In this document: one piece after another, positions 47,828 to 58,916 of the stretch
Numbering within the stretch: the first letter of the stretch is position 1
How the letters are laid out: each line of letters starts with the position of its first letter
NCBI GenBank assembly: GCA_963693095.2
Contig: OY843768.1
Coordinates: 192,001 to 256,000, forward strand
Direction of reading: 5' to 3'
Source: Cenarchaeum sp.
GTDB lineage: Archaea; Thermoproteota; Nitrososphaeria; Nitrososphaerales; Nitrosopumilaceae
DNA: 64,000 bases
Program-made: the position numbers and the translations under genes
The notes under the pieces: generated by a model
What the model saw: the letters and a program-made list of their open reading frames with translations, nothing else
Databases searched by the model: none
What the model was told of the DNA's origin: nothing

Positions 47828-48627
47828 TGGGGGGCACTAGTGCGCTCATGCCGCATATCGTCCATGACACGTATACGGTGTTCTGGCGCGAGCTAAAGCG
47901 GTACCGCAAGTCGCGCAGCGGCATACTCATCAGGATGATTCAGCCGGCGATATGGATCATCGTTATCGGCAACACGTTTGCCGGCACGCAGCCGCTCATC
48001 GAGTCAGTCGGCTTTGACGGCAAGTACATCGACTTTATGGCACCGGGCGTCATAATCCTCACTGCCATATTCACGAGCATCTTTGGCGGCGTCAACACGC
48101 TCTGGGACCGACGCTATGGGTTTATGGCCAAGACGATAACGTCGCCGATCTCGCGCTCGGCCATAGCGCTCGGCAAGATGGGCGCCATATCGCTCGTCGC
48201 CGCAATGCAGGCCGGCATCATACTTGCGATCGCCCTCCTCATCGGCGTTGACATGGACCTCTTTGCGGTAATGCCAATCATGGCCATAGTCATCCTCTTT
48301 TCACTGGGCTTTTCGGGCATATCGGTGAGCGTCGCGGCCCTGGCAAAGTCGCAAGAGACGTTCTGGGGACTCATCAACTTTTTGGGAATGCCGCTCTTTA
48401 TGCTCAGCCCAGCGCTCTTTCCGCTCGAGCTCCTCCCCGACTGGCTTGCTGCCGCAGCCAGCGTGAATCCCGTGACGTATGCGATACTCATCGTGCGCGG
48501 CCTCATGTCCGGCACGCTCGATGCGGCCACGGCGATCCTTGCCATGGGCGTCATCTCGGCCTTTGTCGCCATCATGGTCGGCGTGACGACGTACGTCTTT
48601 ATGCGCGAGGTCAGCAGGCCGTTCTAG
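47827..48627 (+). CDS. ABC-2 type permease
   Basis: 6 TM helices; DRRYGF; NPVTY. Confidence 0.9.
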   Translation: MGGTSALMPHIVHDTYTVFWRELKRYRKSRSGILIRMIQPAIWIIVIGNTFAGTQPLIESVGFDGKYIDFMAPGVIILTAIFTSIFGGVNTLWDRRYGFMAKTITSPISRSAIALGKMGAISLVAAMQAGIILAIALLIGVDMDLFAVMPIMAIVILFSLGFSGISVSVAALAKSQETFWGLINFLGMPLFMLSPALFPLELLPDWLAAAASVNPVTYAILIVRGLMSGTLDAATAILAMGVISAFVAIMVGVTTYVFMREVSRPF

Positions 48628-48731
48628 TGGCCGGCGCGTGCCGGCACCGCCACTCCGAGTTGGTCAATTTGACCCAATCGGCAACAAATAATGACGCACG
48701 TGCCCATTTTTGGCCTCCGAGACCCACGCCT

Positions 48732-51700
48732 ATGGGAGCCCCCACACTCGCAGCAGTGGCACTCGTCGCCCTCGCGGCGCTATACGCGGTGCCTGCGGCA
48801 GCCGAGGGGCCGGCCCACGAGTTCATCACGTCATGGGGCTCCCTTGGGGCCTCCGGCGAGGGCAGGTTTAGCGGCCCGACGGGCATCGCCTCTGACCACG
48901 AGGGCAGCGTCTATGTGACTGACACGGGCAACGGCCGCATCCAAAAGTTCAACAACTCGGGGGGCTTTGTGGCCGAGTGGAGCGCCATGGGCAACTCGAC
49001 AGAGTCACTCTCCTCGCCCATGGGCATTGCGGTTCTCGACAACAGGGTCTATGTCATTGACAGCATTCTCGAGTCAGTCGTCGTGTACGACCTTGATGGC
49101 GCCTATGTCTCGACATGGGGATCGCACGGGGGCGATGCGGGTGAGTTTTTGCAGCCGCGCGGGATAGCCGCCGGAGGCGGAAAGGTCTATGTTGCTGACA
49201 CGGGCAACTCGCGTGTCCAGGCGTTTAGCGCAGCGGGGGATCACATATCCACGTTTGGCACGGACAGGGACGAGGCGGCACACCTCCGGTCACCGGTGGG
49301 CATTGCAGTCGCCAATGACGCAAGCGTGTTTATCGTTGATCCGGGCAAGATGTCACTCTTTCACTATGGCGTTGACGGGGAGCTACTCGATGTCTTTGAC
49401 GGCACGGTGGCCGGCAAGTCATTGCGCGCCAGGGGCATGACAGTCGACTCTGATGGCAAGCTCTATGTGGCCGATGCCCGAAACGACCGCGTTCTGCGCC
49501 TCGAGCCTGGCGGCCTGACGCTCTCGGCATGGGGGGATGCCGGTGCAGGCGCGTACAAGTACCTGATGCCGACTGATGTCACCGTTGACATATACGGGCA
49601 GCTCTTTGTCGTGGACTCGGGCGGGCACTCGATAAAGAAATACTCCACACCGCTTGCGCTAGATGACTCTGAGCGCATCGCCGCGCACGAGGAGGCCGCC
49701 AGGCAGTTTAGGGTATCACAGGGCCTAGAGGAGCCCGAGCAGGCCGCCGAGCCCGCACAAGAGCCGGCGCCACCGGCGGCTCGACCCGCGCCACCGCCGG
49801 CGCAGCCGCCAGCACAGCCCGCACCGACGGCGCCAGTCGCGCGCTCTGCCCCGCCGGCGACGCCACAGGCAGCGCAGCCTGCCCCCGTCGCGACGGCGCA
49901 GCCGCAGGTTCAGCAGCAGCCCATGGCCACGGCCCAGCCCGCGCGCGTCGTGGCAGTGCCCGGCGACCTCACAAAGCCGACGATATACGCCCCGCATGAC
50001 ATCACGGCCGAGGCCTCCGGCCCGCTCACGAGGATAAACGTCGGAATGGCCACTGCGAGCGACGAGAGCGGCATACGCTCGATCACGAGCAACGCGCCCT
50101 CCGAGTTCTCGCTGGGCACGAGCCTGGTGATCTGGACGGCCATAGACGGTGCGGGCAACCTGGCAATCGCAAGGCAGGAGGTCACCGTCTCGGACACGAC
50201 GCCGCCGGTCATGGCAGGCGTGGCTGACATCTCCGTTGAGGCCGTCAGCCCTGACCGCAACTATATCGAGATTCGCGCCCCCGTTGCCACCGACGCAGTC
50301 GGCGTGCTCGACGTCTCCTCTGATGCGCCAGACCACTATCCGGTCGGGCAGACGACGATCACGTGGACGGCCCGCGACATCTCGGGCAACACGGCATCAG
50401 CCGCGCAGGTCGTGAGCGTCCTGGACACGTCGGCCCCGCAGATCGTCGCGCCGCCAGAGATCACCGCCGAGGCGACAAGCCTGGATGCGACAGCGGTCTT
50501 TCTGGGTGACGCAAGCGTGGTCGACAATGGCCGCATAGTCTCAGTCACGAATGACGCGCCACCGTCATTTGCGCTTGGCAACACGACTGTCATGTGGACC
50601 GCGACTGACTCGTCGGGAAACCGCTCGCATGATGCGCAGGCTGTGACCATAGTCGACACGACACCGCCGGAGATCATCGTTCGCGAGGGAACCGTGGTGG
50701 AGGCCGAGTCAGCCGACTCTAACACCGTGGACCTCGAGGAGCCTGAGGTCAGCGATGTCCAGCGCGTGAGGCTCACAAGCGACGCGCCAGACACATTTGC
50801 CCTCGGCGAGACGACAGTCACGTGGACGGCGACGGACCCCTCGGGCAACACGTCGACTTCTGCACAGCTAGTCACGGTGGCTGACACGACACCGCCGACC
50901 ATCGACATCACGCGCACAATCACCGCTGAGGCCAGCAGGTCTGAGGGCAACACCGTCAGCCTCGGCGAGGTTGCAGTCACTGACGTGAGCGAGATTGCGG
51001 GACTTGCCAATGACGCGCCCGAGTCATACGCGCTAGGCGAGACGACAGTCACGTGGAACGCCACGGACATACACGGCAACACGGCCACAGCAGAACAGAC
51101 AGTGATCCTAGTCGACACGGTCTCCCCGTCGATCTTTGCGCCAGCTGACGTGACGGCCGAGTATGCCGGCGAGGCCGGAAACAGCGTAAACGTCGGCAGT
51201 CCGGTCGCCGCAGACCGCGTGGGCGTCGCCTCGGTGTCAAGCGACGCGCCAGACACATTTGCCCTCGGCGAGACGACAGTCACGTGGACCGCGACGGACA
51301 CGTCAGGCAACGAGTCGACTGCATTGCAGACAATCACAATAGTGGACACGCTGGCCCCTGCCATACGCCCGCCGCCAGACGTGAGCGCCGAGGCCACTGC
51401 AGAGTCCGGCACGGCCGTTGAGGTGGGCCGGGCCACTGCCGCAGACGAGTCCGGCGAGGTCACAGTCACAAGCGACGCGCCTGCGCTCTTTGGGCTCGGA
51501 ACCACGACAGTCACGTGGACGGCGACTGACACGTCAGGCAACACGATGAACGCGACGCAGAGGGTGAGCGTGACTGACACGATCGCCCCAGAGATAAGCG
51601 CACCTGCGGACATACGTGCAGAGGCTGACTCGGAGGACGCAAACACCGTGGATCTCGGCACGGCCCGCGCAACTGACGCCGCAGGCGGCGTCACGGTGAC

Positions 51701-53768
51701 AAGCGACGCGCCACCGGCGTTCCCCGTGGGCACCACGACAGTCACGTGGACCGCGACTGACTCGTCAGGAAACGAGTCCATTGGCACGCAAGAGATCACG
51801 TTTGTGGACACGACGAAACCGACAGTTTACGCGCCCGGTGACATTACGGCCGAGGCCGGTCCGGACGTGCGCCTTGACATAGGCGAGGCCACGGCCACTG
51901 ACGCCGTGGGCGTGGATGCGATAACGAGTGACGCGCCAGGCTCGTTTGGGCCCGGCGAGACGACAGTCACGTGGACCGCGACGGATGCGGCGGGAAACTC
52001 GGCGAGCGCAACGCACACTGTGACGATAATTGACACGACGCAGCCGCTCATCGTGCCGCCGCTGGCGCGCACCATTGAGGCGATCTCTGAGGACGGCAGT
52101 GCCGCAGACATTGGGTGGCCAACGCACTCTGATGCGGGCGGCGGCGTCACGATCGAGGGCAACGCGCCTGCAATGTTTCCCATCGGCGTGACTGTGGTGA
52201 CGTGGACTGCAACAGATGCGGCAGGCAACTTGCGCTCGGCCACGCAGAGCGTGACTGTCTCGGACACGATCGCCCCGTCAGTCACCCCGCCTGCTGACAT
52301 TACCGCCGAGGCGAGCTCGCGCAACTCGACTGCAGTCGAGATCGGCGAGGCCACGGCCACTGATGCCGTGGGCGTGGTTGCGATAACGAGCGACGCGCCG
52401 GAGGCCTTTGCGCTCGGCGAGACGACAGTCGCGTGGACCGCGACGGATGCGGCAGGAAACTCTGCTAGCGGCCTTCAGATTGTCACCATAGTCGACACGA
52501 CCCCGCCGAGCCTCTCGGCGCCTGCCGACGTGACTGCCGAGGCCTCCTCCTCGGGCACGACTAGCGTGGATATCGGCGCGCCCGAGTCCACTGACACGGT
52601 CTCTGAGGAGATTGTAATCACCAGTGACGCGCCAGACGGCTATGGCCTCGGCGAGACGACAGTCACGTGGACCGCGACGGATGCGGCAGGCAACTCTGCC
52701 TCGCATGAGCAGCTTGTGACGGTGGAGGACACGACCCCGCCGACAGTTGTGCCGCCGGCTGACATTGTGGCCGAGGCCGAGTCATCAGGCGGCGCAGTCG
52801 TGAACGTTGGGATTGCCGGAACGGAGGACTCTGTTGGCACGATCTCACTCACAAGTGATGAGCCGGCACTCTTTCCAATCGGCGAGACGACAGTCACGTG
52901 GACCGCGACGGATGCGGCAGGCAACGAGGGAACCGCAGAACAGCTCGTGACTGTCACTGACACCGTTGCGCCGCGCATCGTCTCACCGATTGACATTGTT
53001 GCCGAGTCCACATCGACGAACGGCACGCGCATTGCCCTGGGTGACGCATCCACGTCTGATGACGTTGGCGTGACGTCCGTGTCCAATGACGCGCCCGAGC
53101 TCTTTGGGCTGGGCAGGACGATGGTCACGTGGGAGGCAGTGGACGAGGCAGGCAACATTGCCGTCGCGCTCCAGTCCGTGACCCTCCGCGACACTGTCGC
53201 CCCGCAGATTGAGACTCCTTCAGGCATGACACTCAACGCAACGGCGCCGTTCACGTCAGTCACGCTATCCATACCCATCTTGTCTGACGCGGTGGACACC
53301 TCGCCTGTCCTGGTCTCTGATGCGCCTGACTCGTTTGCGCTCGGAACGACCATGGTGACCTGGAACGCAACAGACGCGGCCGGCAACACATCAAGCGTCG
53401 TCCAGCCAGTCACAATCCTTGCGTGCGGCACTGCGCACTCGACGTACAACGTGATACGCGGCACGGCCGGCGATGACTCGCTAGTCGGCACCAGCGCCGC
53501 TGACCTGATCTTTGCGCTAGCGGGCAACGACGTCATTAGCGCCGGCGGTGGCAATGACTGCGTGATCGCCGGCGACGGTGATGACGTTGTCATCGGCGGC
53601 GACGGTGAGGACATCCTTGGCGGCAACGCCGGCGATGACGTTGTGCGCGGCCAGGACGGCGATGACCTGCTTGACGGCGGCGAGGGCTCTGATGTCATCG
53701 ACGGCGGCGACGGCTCTGACTCGTGCGTGGCCTCTGCAGGCGACTCTGTCCTCCGCTGCGAGGCGTAG
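48732..53768 (+). CDS. Large surface adhesin: NHL beta-propeller + Pro/Ala/Gln linker + 15 HYR-like repeats + RTX-type Ca-binding repeats
   Basis: F.GP.GIA..G.VYV.DTGN.RIQ.F NHL repeats; 15x DT..P...SDAP..F..G.T.V.W.A.D..GN; C-terminal GGxGxD nonapeptides. Confidence 0.9.
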   Translation: MGAPTLAAVALVALAALYAVPAAAEGPAHEFITSWGSLGASGEGRFSGPTGIASDHEGSVYVTDTGNGRIQKFNNSGGFVAEWSAMGNSTESLSSPMGIAVLDNRVYVIDSILESVVVYDLDGAYVSTWGSHGGDAGEFLQPRGIAAGGGKVYVADTGNSRVQAFSAAGDHISTFGTDRDEAAHLRSPVGIAVANDASVFIVDPGKMSLFHYGVDGELLDVFDGTVAGKSLRARGMTVDSDGKLYVADARNDRVLRLEPGGLTLSAWGDAGAGAYKYLMPTDVTVDIYGQLFVVDSGGHSIKKYSTPLALDDSERIAAHEEAARQFRVSQGLEEPEQAAEPAQEPAPPAARPAPPPAQPPAQPAPTAPVARSAPPATPQAAQPAPVATAQPQVQQQPMATAQPARVVAVPGDLTKPTIYAPHDITAEASGPLTRINVGMATASDESGIRSITSNAPSEFSLGTSLVIWTAIDGAGNLAIARQEVTVSDTTPPVMAGVADISVEAVSPDRNYIEIRAPVATDAVGVLDVSSDAPDHYPVGQTTITWTARDISGNTASAAQVVSVLDTSAPQIVAPPEITAEATSLDATAVFLGDASVVDNGRIVSVTNDAPPSFALGNTTVMWTATDSSGNRSHDAQAVTIVDTTPPEIIVREGTVVEAESADSNTVDLEEPEVSDVQRVRLTSDAPDTFALGETTVTWTATDPSGNTSTSAQLVTVADTTPPTIDITRTITAEASRSEGNTVSLGEVAVTDVSEIAGLANDAPESYALGETTVTWNATDIHGNTATAEQTVILVDTVSPSIFAPADVTAEYAGEAGNSVNVGSPVAADRVGVASVSSDAPDTFALGETTVTWTATDTSGNESTALQTITIVDTLAPAIRPPPDVSAEATAESGTAVEVGRATAADESGEVTVTSDAPALFGLGTTTVTWTATDTSGNTMNATQRVSVTDTIAPEISAPADIRAEADSEDANTVDLGTARATDAAGGVTVTSDAPPAFPVGTTTVTWTATDSSGNESIGTQEITFVDTTKPTVYAPGDITAEAGPDVRLDIGEATATDAVGVDAITSDAPGSFGPGETTVTWTATDAAGNSASATHTVTIIDTTQPLIVPPLARTIEAISEDGSAADIGWPTHSDAGGGVTIEGNAPAMFPIGVTVVTWTATDAAGNLRSATQSVTVSDTIAPSVTPPADITAEASSRNSTAVEIGEATATDAVGVVAITSDAPEAFALGETTVAWTATDAAGNSASGLQIVTIVDTTPPSLSAPADVTAEASSSGTTSVDIGAPESTDTVSEEIVITSDAPDGYGLGETTVTWTATDAAGNSASHEQLVTVEDTTPPTVVPPADIVAEAESSGGAVVNVGIAGTEDSVGTISLTSDEPALFPIGETTVTWTATDAAGNEGTAEQLVTVTDTVAPRIVSPIDIVAESTSTNGTRIALGDASTSDDVGVTSVSNDAPELFGLGRTMVTWEAVDEAGNIAVALQSVTLRDTVAPQIETPSGMTLNATAPFTSVTLSIPILSDAVDTSPVLVSDAPDSFALGTTMVTWNATDAAGNTSSVVQPVTILACGTAHSTYNVIRGTAGDDSLVGTSAADLIFALAGNDVISAGGGNDCVIAGDGDDVVIGGDGEDILGGNAGDDVVRGQDGDDLLDGGEGSDVIDGGDGSDSCVASAGDSVLRCEA

Positions 53769-53870
53769 GCGCGTTTAGGGCCAATTTTCTATATAGTTAA
53801 TGGCCAAATACCATATTTTCCTATATTCCATGTGTCAGGTATATATCCAGTGCGATGTGGGAAGAGGCCA

Positions 53871-55418
53871 GTGCGACCCGCCACTGCCCTCATTATTGCG
53901 ATCACGGCAACGCTTGCGGCCGCTGCGCTAGGCGGGGCGGCCCACGGGCAGCTCGCCGCGCCAAACCCGTCAGTGGACTTTTCGATCAACGCCGCAGGCG
54001 CGACCTTTCCGTTCCCGCTCATCGACAAGTGGCGCGTAGAGTACGCCAAAGAGTACCCGAACGTGAGCCTCAACTACCAGTCGATCGGCAGCGGCGGGGG
54101 CATAAAGCAGCACATCGAGAAGACCGTCAACTTTGCGGCCAGCGACGCTCCGATGAGGTCAAGCGAGGCGGCCCTTGCGCCAGACACGCTGCACATCCCC
54201 GAGTCGCTTGGCGCAGTGACAGTCGCGTACAACGTCCCCGAGATTCCGGATAGCGGACTGCGCCTTGATGGCCAGACTGTTGCGATGATCTACCTTGGCG
54301 AGATTACGCGCTGGAACGACGAGCGCATAGCGGGGCTCAACCCCGGCATTGAGCTTCCCGACGCCGAGATCATCTCAGTGCAGCGCGCTGATGGCTCGGG
54401 GACTACGTTTGTCTTTACTGACTATCTCTCTGCCGTGTCAGCCGAGTTTGAGGAGATGATCGGCAAGGGCAAGAGCGTTCCGTGGCCAGTCGGCGTGTCC
54501 TCACCGGGCAACGAGGGGGTTGCCGGAACCGTGCGCTCGACGCCATACTCTGTGGGGTATGTGGAGCTCGCCTATGCCTTCCAGACGAGCATGTCATACG
54601 CGTATATCCAGAACGGTGACGGCACCGCATACGTAGAGCCGTCGATCATGTCGATAGGCGCAGCATCAGCCGGCGCGTCCACGTCGCTTCCCGAGGCGGC
54701 CGAGTCCTGGGAGGGCGTGAGCATAGTCAACGCGCAGGGCGCTGACTCGTACCCGATATCGAGCCTGACGTACCTCCTCGTGTACAGTGACCTCGGCGAC
54801 GTCACGGACTCGATCGACGAGGCACATGCCGTGGTCCACATCATAGACTGGATGCTCACAAGCGGCCAGGCCCACTCCGAGTCGCTCCTCTACGTCCCGC
54901 TCCCAGAGGACGTCGTGCGCATTGGCACAGACGCGCTGCGGCTCATCACGTACAATGGCCGGTCAGTGTGGGCACTAGAGCCTGCCACGGCTGCCGAGGG
55001 TGCGGCGTCGCCGGCGCCAGGCGAGGGGACCGGCGGGGGCGGATGCCTCATAGCCACGGCCGCATACGGCACGGAGATGGCCCCGCAGGTCCAGGCACTG
55101 CGCGAGATCCGCGACTCGACGCTGCTCGCCACGCCCTCAGGCTCGGCGTTCATGTCGCACTTTAACGGCGTCTACTATGCGCTCTCGCCGGCAGTCGCCG
55201 ACCTTGAGAGGCAGAGCCCCGAGTTTAGGCATCTCGTGCGCGCCCTCATCACTCCGATGATATCGTCGCTTGCGATAATGTCGCTTGCCGACGGTGGCTC
55301 GGATGCTGACGTTCTTGCGCTTGGCCTCTCTGTCATTGCGCTAAACGTGGGCATGTACGTCGCCATGCCGGCTGCCATATCGTCGTGGGCATGGCGCGCA
55401 TCGCGCAGGCGGGCGTGA
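53871..55418 (+). CDS. pstS: Phosphate ABC transporter substrate-binding protein with CFI-box-CTERM tail
   Basis: GATFPFP, GSGGG, FAASDAP, RADGSGTT; C-terminal GGGCLIATAAYG...LREIRD + TM helix. Confidence 0.93.
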   Translation: MRPATALIIAITATLAAAALGGAAHGQLAAPNPSVDFSINAAGATFPFPLIDKWRVEYAKEYPNVSLNYQSIGSGGGIKQHIEKTVNFAASDAPMRSSEAALAPDTLHIPESLGAVTVAYNVPEIPDSGLRLDGQTVAMIYLGEITRWNDERIAGLNPGIELPDAEIISVQRADGSGTTFVFTDYLSAVSAEFEEMIGKGKSVPWPVGVSSPGNEGVAGTVRSTPYSVGYVELAYAFQTSMSYAYIQNGDGTAYVEPSIMSIGAASAGASTSLPEAAESWEGVSIVNAQGADSYPISSLTYLLVYSDLGDVTDSIDEAHAVVHIIDWMLTSGQAHSESLLYVPLPEDVVRIGTDALRLITYNGRSVWALEPATAAEGAASPAPGEGTGGGGCLIATAAYGTEMAPQVQALREIRDSTLLATPSGSAFMSHFNGVYYALSPAVADLERQSPEFRHLVRALITPMISSLAIMSLADGGSDADVLALGLSVIALNVGMYVAMPAAISSWAWRASRRRA

Positions 55419-55424
55419 GCCATA

Positions 55425-56378
55425 ATGCTGCATGCGTCACGGCCACGGCGAGCAATATCTGACAAGATATTCAAGGTTGGCGCCACAATCGCCGGCGCAT
55501 ACGTCCTGGTCGTCATCGTGCTCATGGTCTTTGAGCTCACGACCGAGTCAGCACCCGCACTCACCGAGTATGGCCTAGAGTTTGTGACGGGCACGGACTG
55601 GAATGCAGTCGAGGGCCGCGAGTCCTTTGGCGTCCTGCCGTACCTCTTTGGCACGCTAATCACGTCGGCGATGGCGATGGCAATAGGCGTCCCGCTCAGC
55701 ATAGGGATCGCGATGTTCATATCCGATGCGCCTGCGCGCATAGGGCGGCCGCTGGGGTTCGTAGTCGAGCTCCTCGCCGCGGTCCCGAGCGTCATATACG
55801 GACTCTGGGGTCTCTATGTGTTTCGCGATTACTTTGTCGATTGGGTCGAGAGGCCGCTCCATGCCGTTCTCGGCGACAGCGTGTGGCTCTTTTCGGGCAC
55901 GCCATTTGGCCTCGACGTGCTCACCGCAAGCGTCGTGCTCGCCATCATGATAATACCGACAGTCTCGGCCGTCTCGCGCGAGGTCATGGCCGCAGTCCCG
56001 CAGCAGCAAAAGGAGGCAGCATTCATGCTCGGCGCGACGCGCTGGGAGATGTTTCGCCTCGCGATATTCCCCTACTCGCGCATTGGCCTTGCCGGCGCCG
56101 CAATCCTGGGCCTCGGGCGCGCCGTGGGCGAGACGATGGCAGTGACGATGCTCATAGGCAACGCAAAGGGCGCCTCGGCGTTTCCGGCCTCGCTCTTTTC
56201 GCCGAGCCAGACGATGTCGAGCATCATCGCCAACGAGTTCGTCGAGGCCTCGCCGGCATCGCTCCACCTGCCGGCGCTCATCGGCGTGGGCCTCATCCTA
56301 CTGGCCACGGCGGTCCTGATAAACGTCGTTGCGCACCTGCTAGTCAGCCGCATGCGATCCTCGCGGGGGGGACTCTAG
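55425..56378 (+). CDS. pstC: Phosphate ABC transporter permease
   Basis: ELLAAVPSVIYGLWG, GRAVGETMAV. Confidence 0.93.
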   Translation: MLHASRPRRAISDKIFKVGATIAGAYVLVVIVLMVFELTTESAPALTEYGLEFVTGTDWNAVEGRESFGVLPYLFGTLITSAMAMAIGVPLSIGIAMFISDAPARIGRPLGFVVELLAAVPSVIYGLWGLYVFRDYFVDWVERPLHAVLGDSVWLFSGTPFGLDVLTASVVLAIMIIPTVSAVSREVMAAVPQQQKEAAFMLGATRWEMFRLAIFPYSRIGLAGAAILGLGRAVGETMAVTMLIGNAKGASAFPASLFSPSQTMSSIIANEFVEASPASLHLPALIGVGLILLATAVLINVVAHLLVSRMRSSRGGL

Positions 56379-57302
56379 GTGGACGCGTCGCAAAAGCGCC
56401 TAAAGTACAGGGCGCTCTTTAGGCAGAACGTGCGCGGGCGCCTGATAAAGGACAAGGCCGTGCGCTGCGTCGTCATCGCGTGCGTCATAGTGGCCATAGT
56501 CCCGCTTGGCAGCATACTCGCCGAGGTCGTGGCAAACGGCGCAATGGCGCTCAGCGTGGGATTCATCACGGAGGTTCCCGGCTCGGCCGGCTCTGGCGAG
56601 GGCGGAGTCGGGCCGGCGATACAGGGGACGCTCATCATCGTCGGCCTCGCAAGCCTCATGGGCGTGCCCATCGGCATCATGTCGGGCATATTCCTCTCCG
56701 AGTACGGCACGAGCAGGCTTGCCGGCGCCGTGCGATTTTTCACCGACGTCTTTATGCAGTTCCCCTCGATCGTCATGGGGATATTTGCGTTCTTTGTCAT
56801 CGTTCTCGCCCTCGGGCACTTTTCGGCATGGGCCGGCGCCTTTGCGCTCTCGCTCATCATGTTTCCGATAGTGTCGCGCACGACTGAGGAGTCGCTTCGC
56901 CTAGTGCAGGGAACGTACCGCGAGGCCGGAGTCGCCCTCGGCCTCAAAAAGTGGACAGTCACGGTGCGCATAGTCATGGCCGCAGCAAGGGACGGCATGG
57001 TCACGGGCATACTCCTCTCCGTCTCCCGCGTCGCCGGCGAGACGGCCCCGCTAATCATGACGATACTCGGCAGCAGCCAGTTCTTTGGCGGGTTTGGCGG
57101 GCCAATGGATGCGCTCCCGCTGCGCATATGGCGCCTCTCGCTCCTGCCCTATGACAGCGCGCAGCTCCACGGGTGGGGCTCGGCCCTGGTCCTCATTGCG
57201 ATAATACTCGTCGTCAACGTCTGCGTGCGCTATGCCTTTTCTGGCAGAAACCATGGCGCACTCGCCATGGCCATCAGGCGGCGCATGGGGGCGCGGCCTT
57301 GA
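56379..57302 (+). CDS. pstA: Phosphate ABC transporter permease
   Basis: [19 protein letters not shown]. Confidence 0.93.
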   Translation: MDASQKRLKYRALFRQNVRGRLIKDKAVRCVVIACVIVAIVPLGSILAEVVANGAMALSVGFITEVPGSAGSGEGGVGPAIQGTLIIVGLASLMGVPIGIMSGIFLSEYGTSRLAGAVRFFTDVFMQFPSIVMGIFAFFVIVLALGHFSAWAGAFALSLIMFPIVSRTTEESLRLVQGTYREAGVALGLKKWTVTVRIVMAAARDGMVTGILLSVSRVAGETAPLIMTILGSSQFFGGFGGPMDALPLRIWRLSLLPYDSAQLHGWGSALVLIAIILVVNVCVRYAFSGRNHGALAMAIRRRMGARP

Positions 57303-58165
57303 GCACAGTCGGCCTCGAGCCCGGGACCGCGGCCGCGCAGCGTGGCAGCGCCGTGTCAGCTGGTGGAGGGTCGCCTGAGGCGCACGTCGGCAAGGATTCC
57401 GGCGAGGCCTCGTACAAGATGACTGCCGAGGGCGTCGGCGTCTCGTACTCGGGCAAGCAGGCAGTGCGCGACGTCACGATGGGATTCAGGGAGCGCTCAG
57501 TCACGGCACTCATTGGGCCGTCCGGATGCGGCAAGACGACGTTTCTGCGCTGCCTGAACCGCATGCACGACATGACGCCTGGCGCGACGGTGACGGGCAA
57601 GATAATGATAGACGGCGTTGACATGTACTCTGGTGACGTTGACCCGATATACCACAGGCGCAAGGTCGGCATGGTGTTTCAAAAGCCAAACCCGTTTCCG
57701 ACAATGTCAGTCTATGACAACGTCGTCGCCGGCCTGCGCCTCAACGGCGTGCGTGACAGGAGGGCACTCGACGAGATAGCCGAGGACTCGCTGCGCATGG
57801 CGTTCCTCTGGGACGAGGTGAGCGACTCGCTCTCAAAGCCGGCAATCGAGCTCTCCGGCGGGCAGCAGCAGCGCCTCTGCATAGCGCGCGCGCTGGCAAT
57901 ACAGCCCGAGGTTCTCCTAATGGACGAGCCGGCCTCGGCCCTTGACCCGATAGCGACACAAAAGATAGAGGAGGCCATAGTCGACCTAAAGCGCGAGCTT
58001 GCCATAATCATTGTCACGCACAACATGCAGCAGGCCGTGCGCGTGTCTGACTATACGGGGTTTATGTACATGGGTGATCTCGTCGAGTTTCGTGACACGC
58101 GCAAGCTCTTCACTGACCCGCGCCACGAGCTCACCGAGCAGTATGTAAAGGGGAACTTTGGGTGA
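57299..58165 (+). CDS. pstB: Phosphate ABC transporter ATP-binding protein
   Basis: [39 protein letters not shown]. Confidence 0.95.
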   Translation: MSTVGLEPGTAAAQRGSAVSAGGGSPEAHVGKDSGEASYKMTAEGVGVSYSGKQAVRDVTMGFRERSVTALIGPSGCGKTTFLRCLNRMHDMTPGATVTGKIMIDGVDMYSGDVDPIYHRRKVGMVFQKPNPFPTMSVYDNVVAGLRLNGVRDRRALDEIAEDSLRMAFLWDEVSDSLSKPAIELSGGQQQRLCIARALAIQPEVLLMDEPASALDPIATQKIEEAIVDLKRELAIIIVTHNMQQAVRVSDYTGFMYMGDLVEFRDTRKLFTDPRHELTEQYVKGNFG

Positions 58166-58168
58166 TGT

Positions 58169-58852
58169 GTGATGACTAGGCTGATAGAACCCCACATGGA
58201 GCGACTCTCACTCCTAATGTCGAGCATGGGCGACATGGTAGTCGAGTCAGTATCGCTTGCGATGGACTCGTACCTCGAGGGCGCCGACACAATGGCCCGC
58301 GTCATTGCGCTCTCGGACTCTATACGATCAAAGTACTATGAGGTTGAGGACCTCACATTTGAGATGCTCCTGCGCTTTCAGCCAGTTGCTGATGACTTTA
58401 GGATGATCCGCTCGTCCACTGAGATATCGTATGCGTTCTCGAGGTTTGGGCGCTATGCGTATGACATTGCGCAGGTCCGTGACACGTTTGGTGACCTCAC
58501 CGAGTGCCGCAATGCCGCGATGTACGAGGCCTCAAAGAAGGTTCGCCATCTCATCCGCGAGGCAATACTCTCGTTCGCCGAGCTCGACGTGCGCCGCGCG
58601 CAAAAGATACGCGAGGACGAGGAGTTTATCGACAAGATATACATCGAGCGCATGGGACACCTGATCGAGTCGCGCGACACGCGCTGCGCACTCGCCGAGG
58701 CCCTCCTCCTGAGATACCTCGAGAGGATTGGGGACCACGCCGTCTTTATGAGCGACGCGGTAAACTATATCGTCACCGGCAAGCACAGGCCAAGCAAGGA
58801 GCGCATCGATGCGCGCACTGCGCGCGGGCTTGCGCGCCACGGCGAGCGCTAG
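58169..58852 (+). CDS. phoU: Phosphate uptake regulator
   Basis: QPVADDFR, LERIGDHA; follows pstB. Confidence 0.92.
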   Translation: MMTRLIEPHMERLSLLMSSMGDMVVESVSLAMDSYLEGADTMARVIALSDSIRSKYYEVEDLTFEMLLRFQPVADDFRMIRSSTEISYAFSRFGRYAYDIAQVRDTFGDLTECRNAAMYEASKKVRHLIREAILSFAELDVRRAQKIREDEEFIDKIYIERMGHLIESRDTRCALAEALLLRYLERIGDHAVFMSDAVNYIVTGKHRPSKERIDARTARGLARHGER

Positions 58853-58916
58853 GCCGGCCGGATCGGCACGGCGCGCTCCAAGGGTTAAATAGAAACGGCA
58901 CGACGCGCCTGATCTG

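Noticed and set aside
48605-48617. MITE TIR-like gaggtcagca at the end of the permease
   Set aside because: A 10-bp match inside a normal coding end; likely chance.
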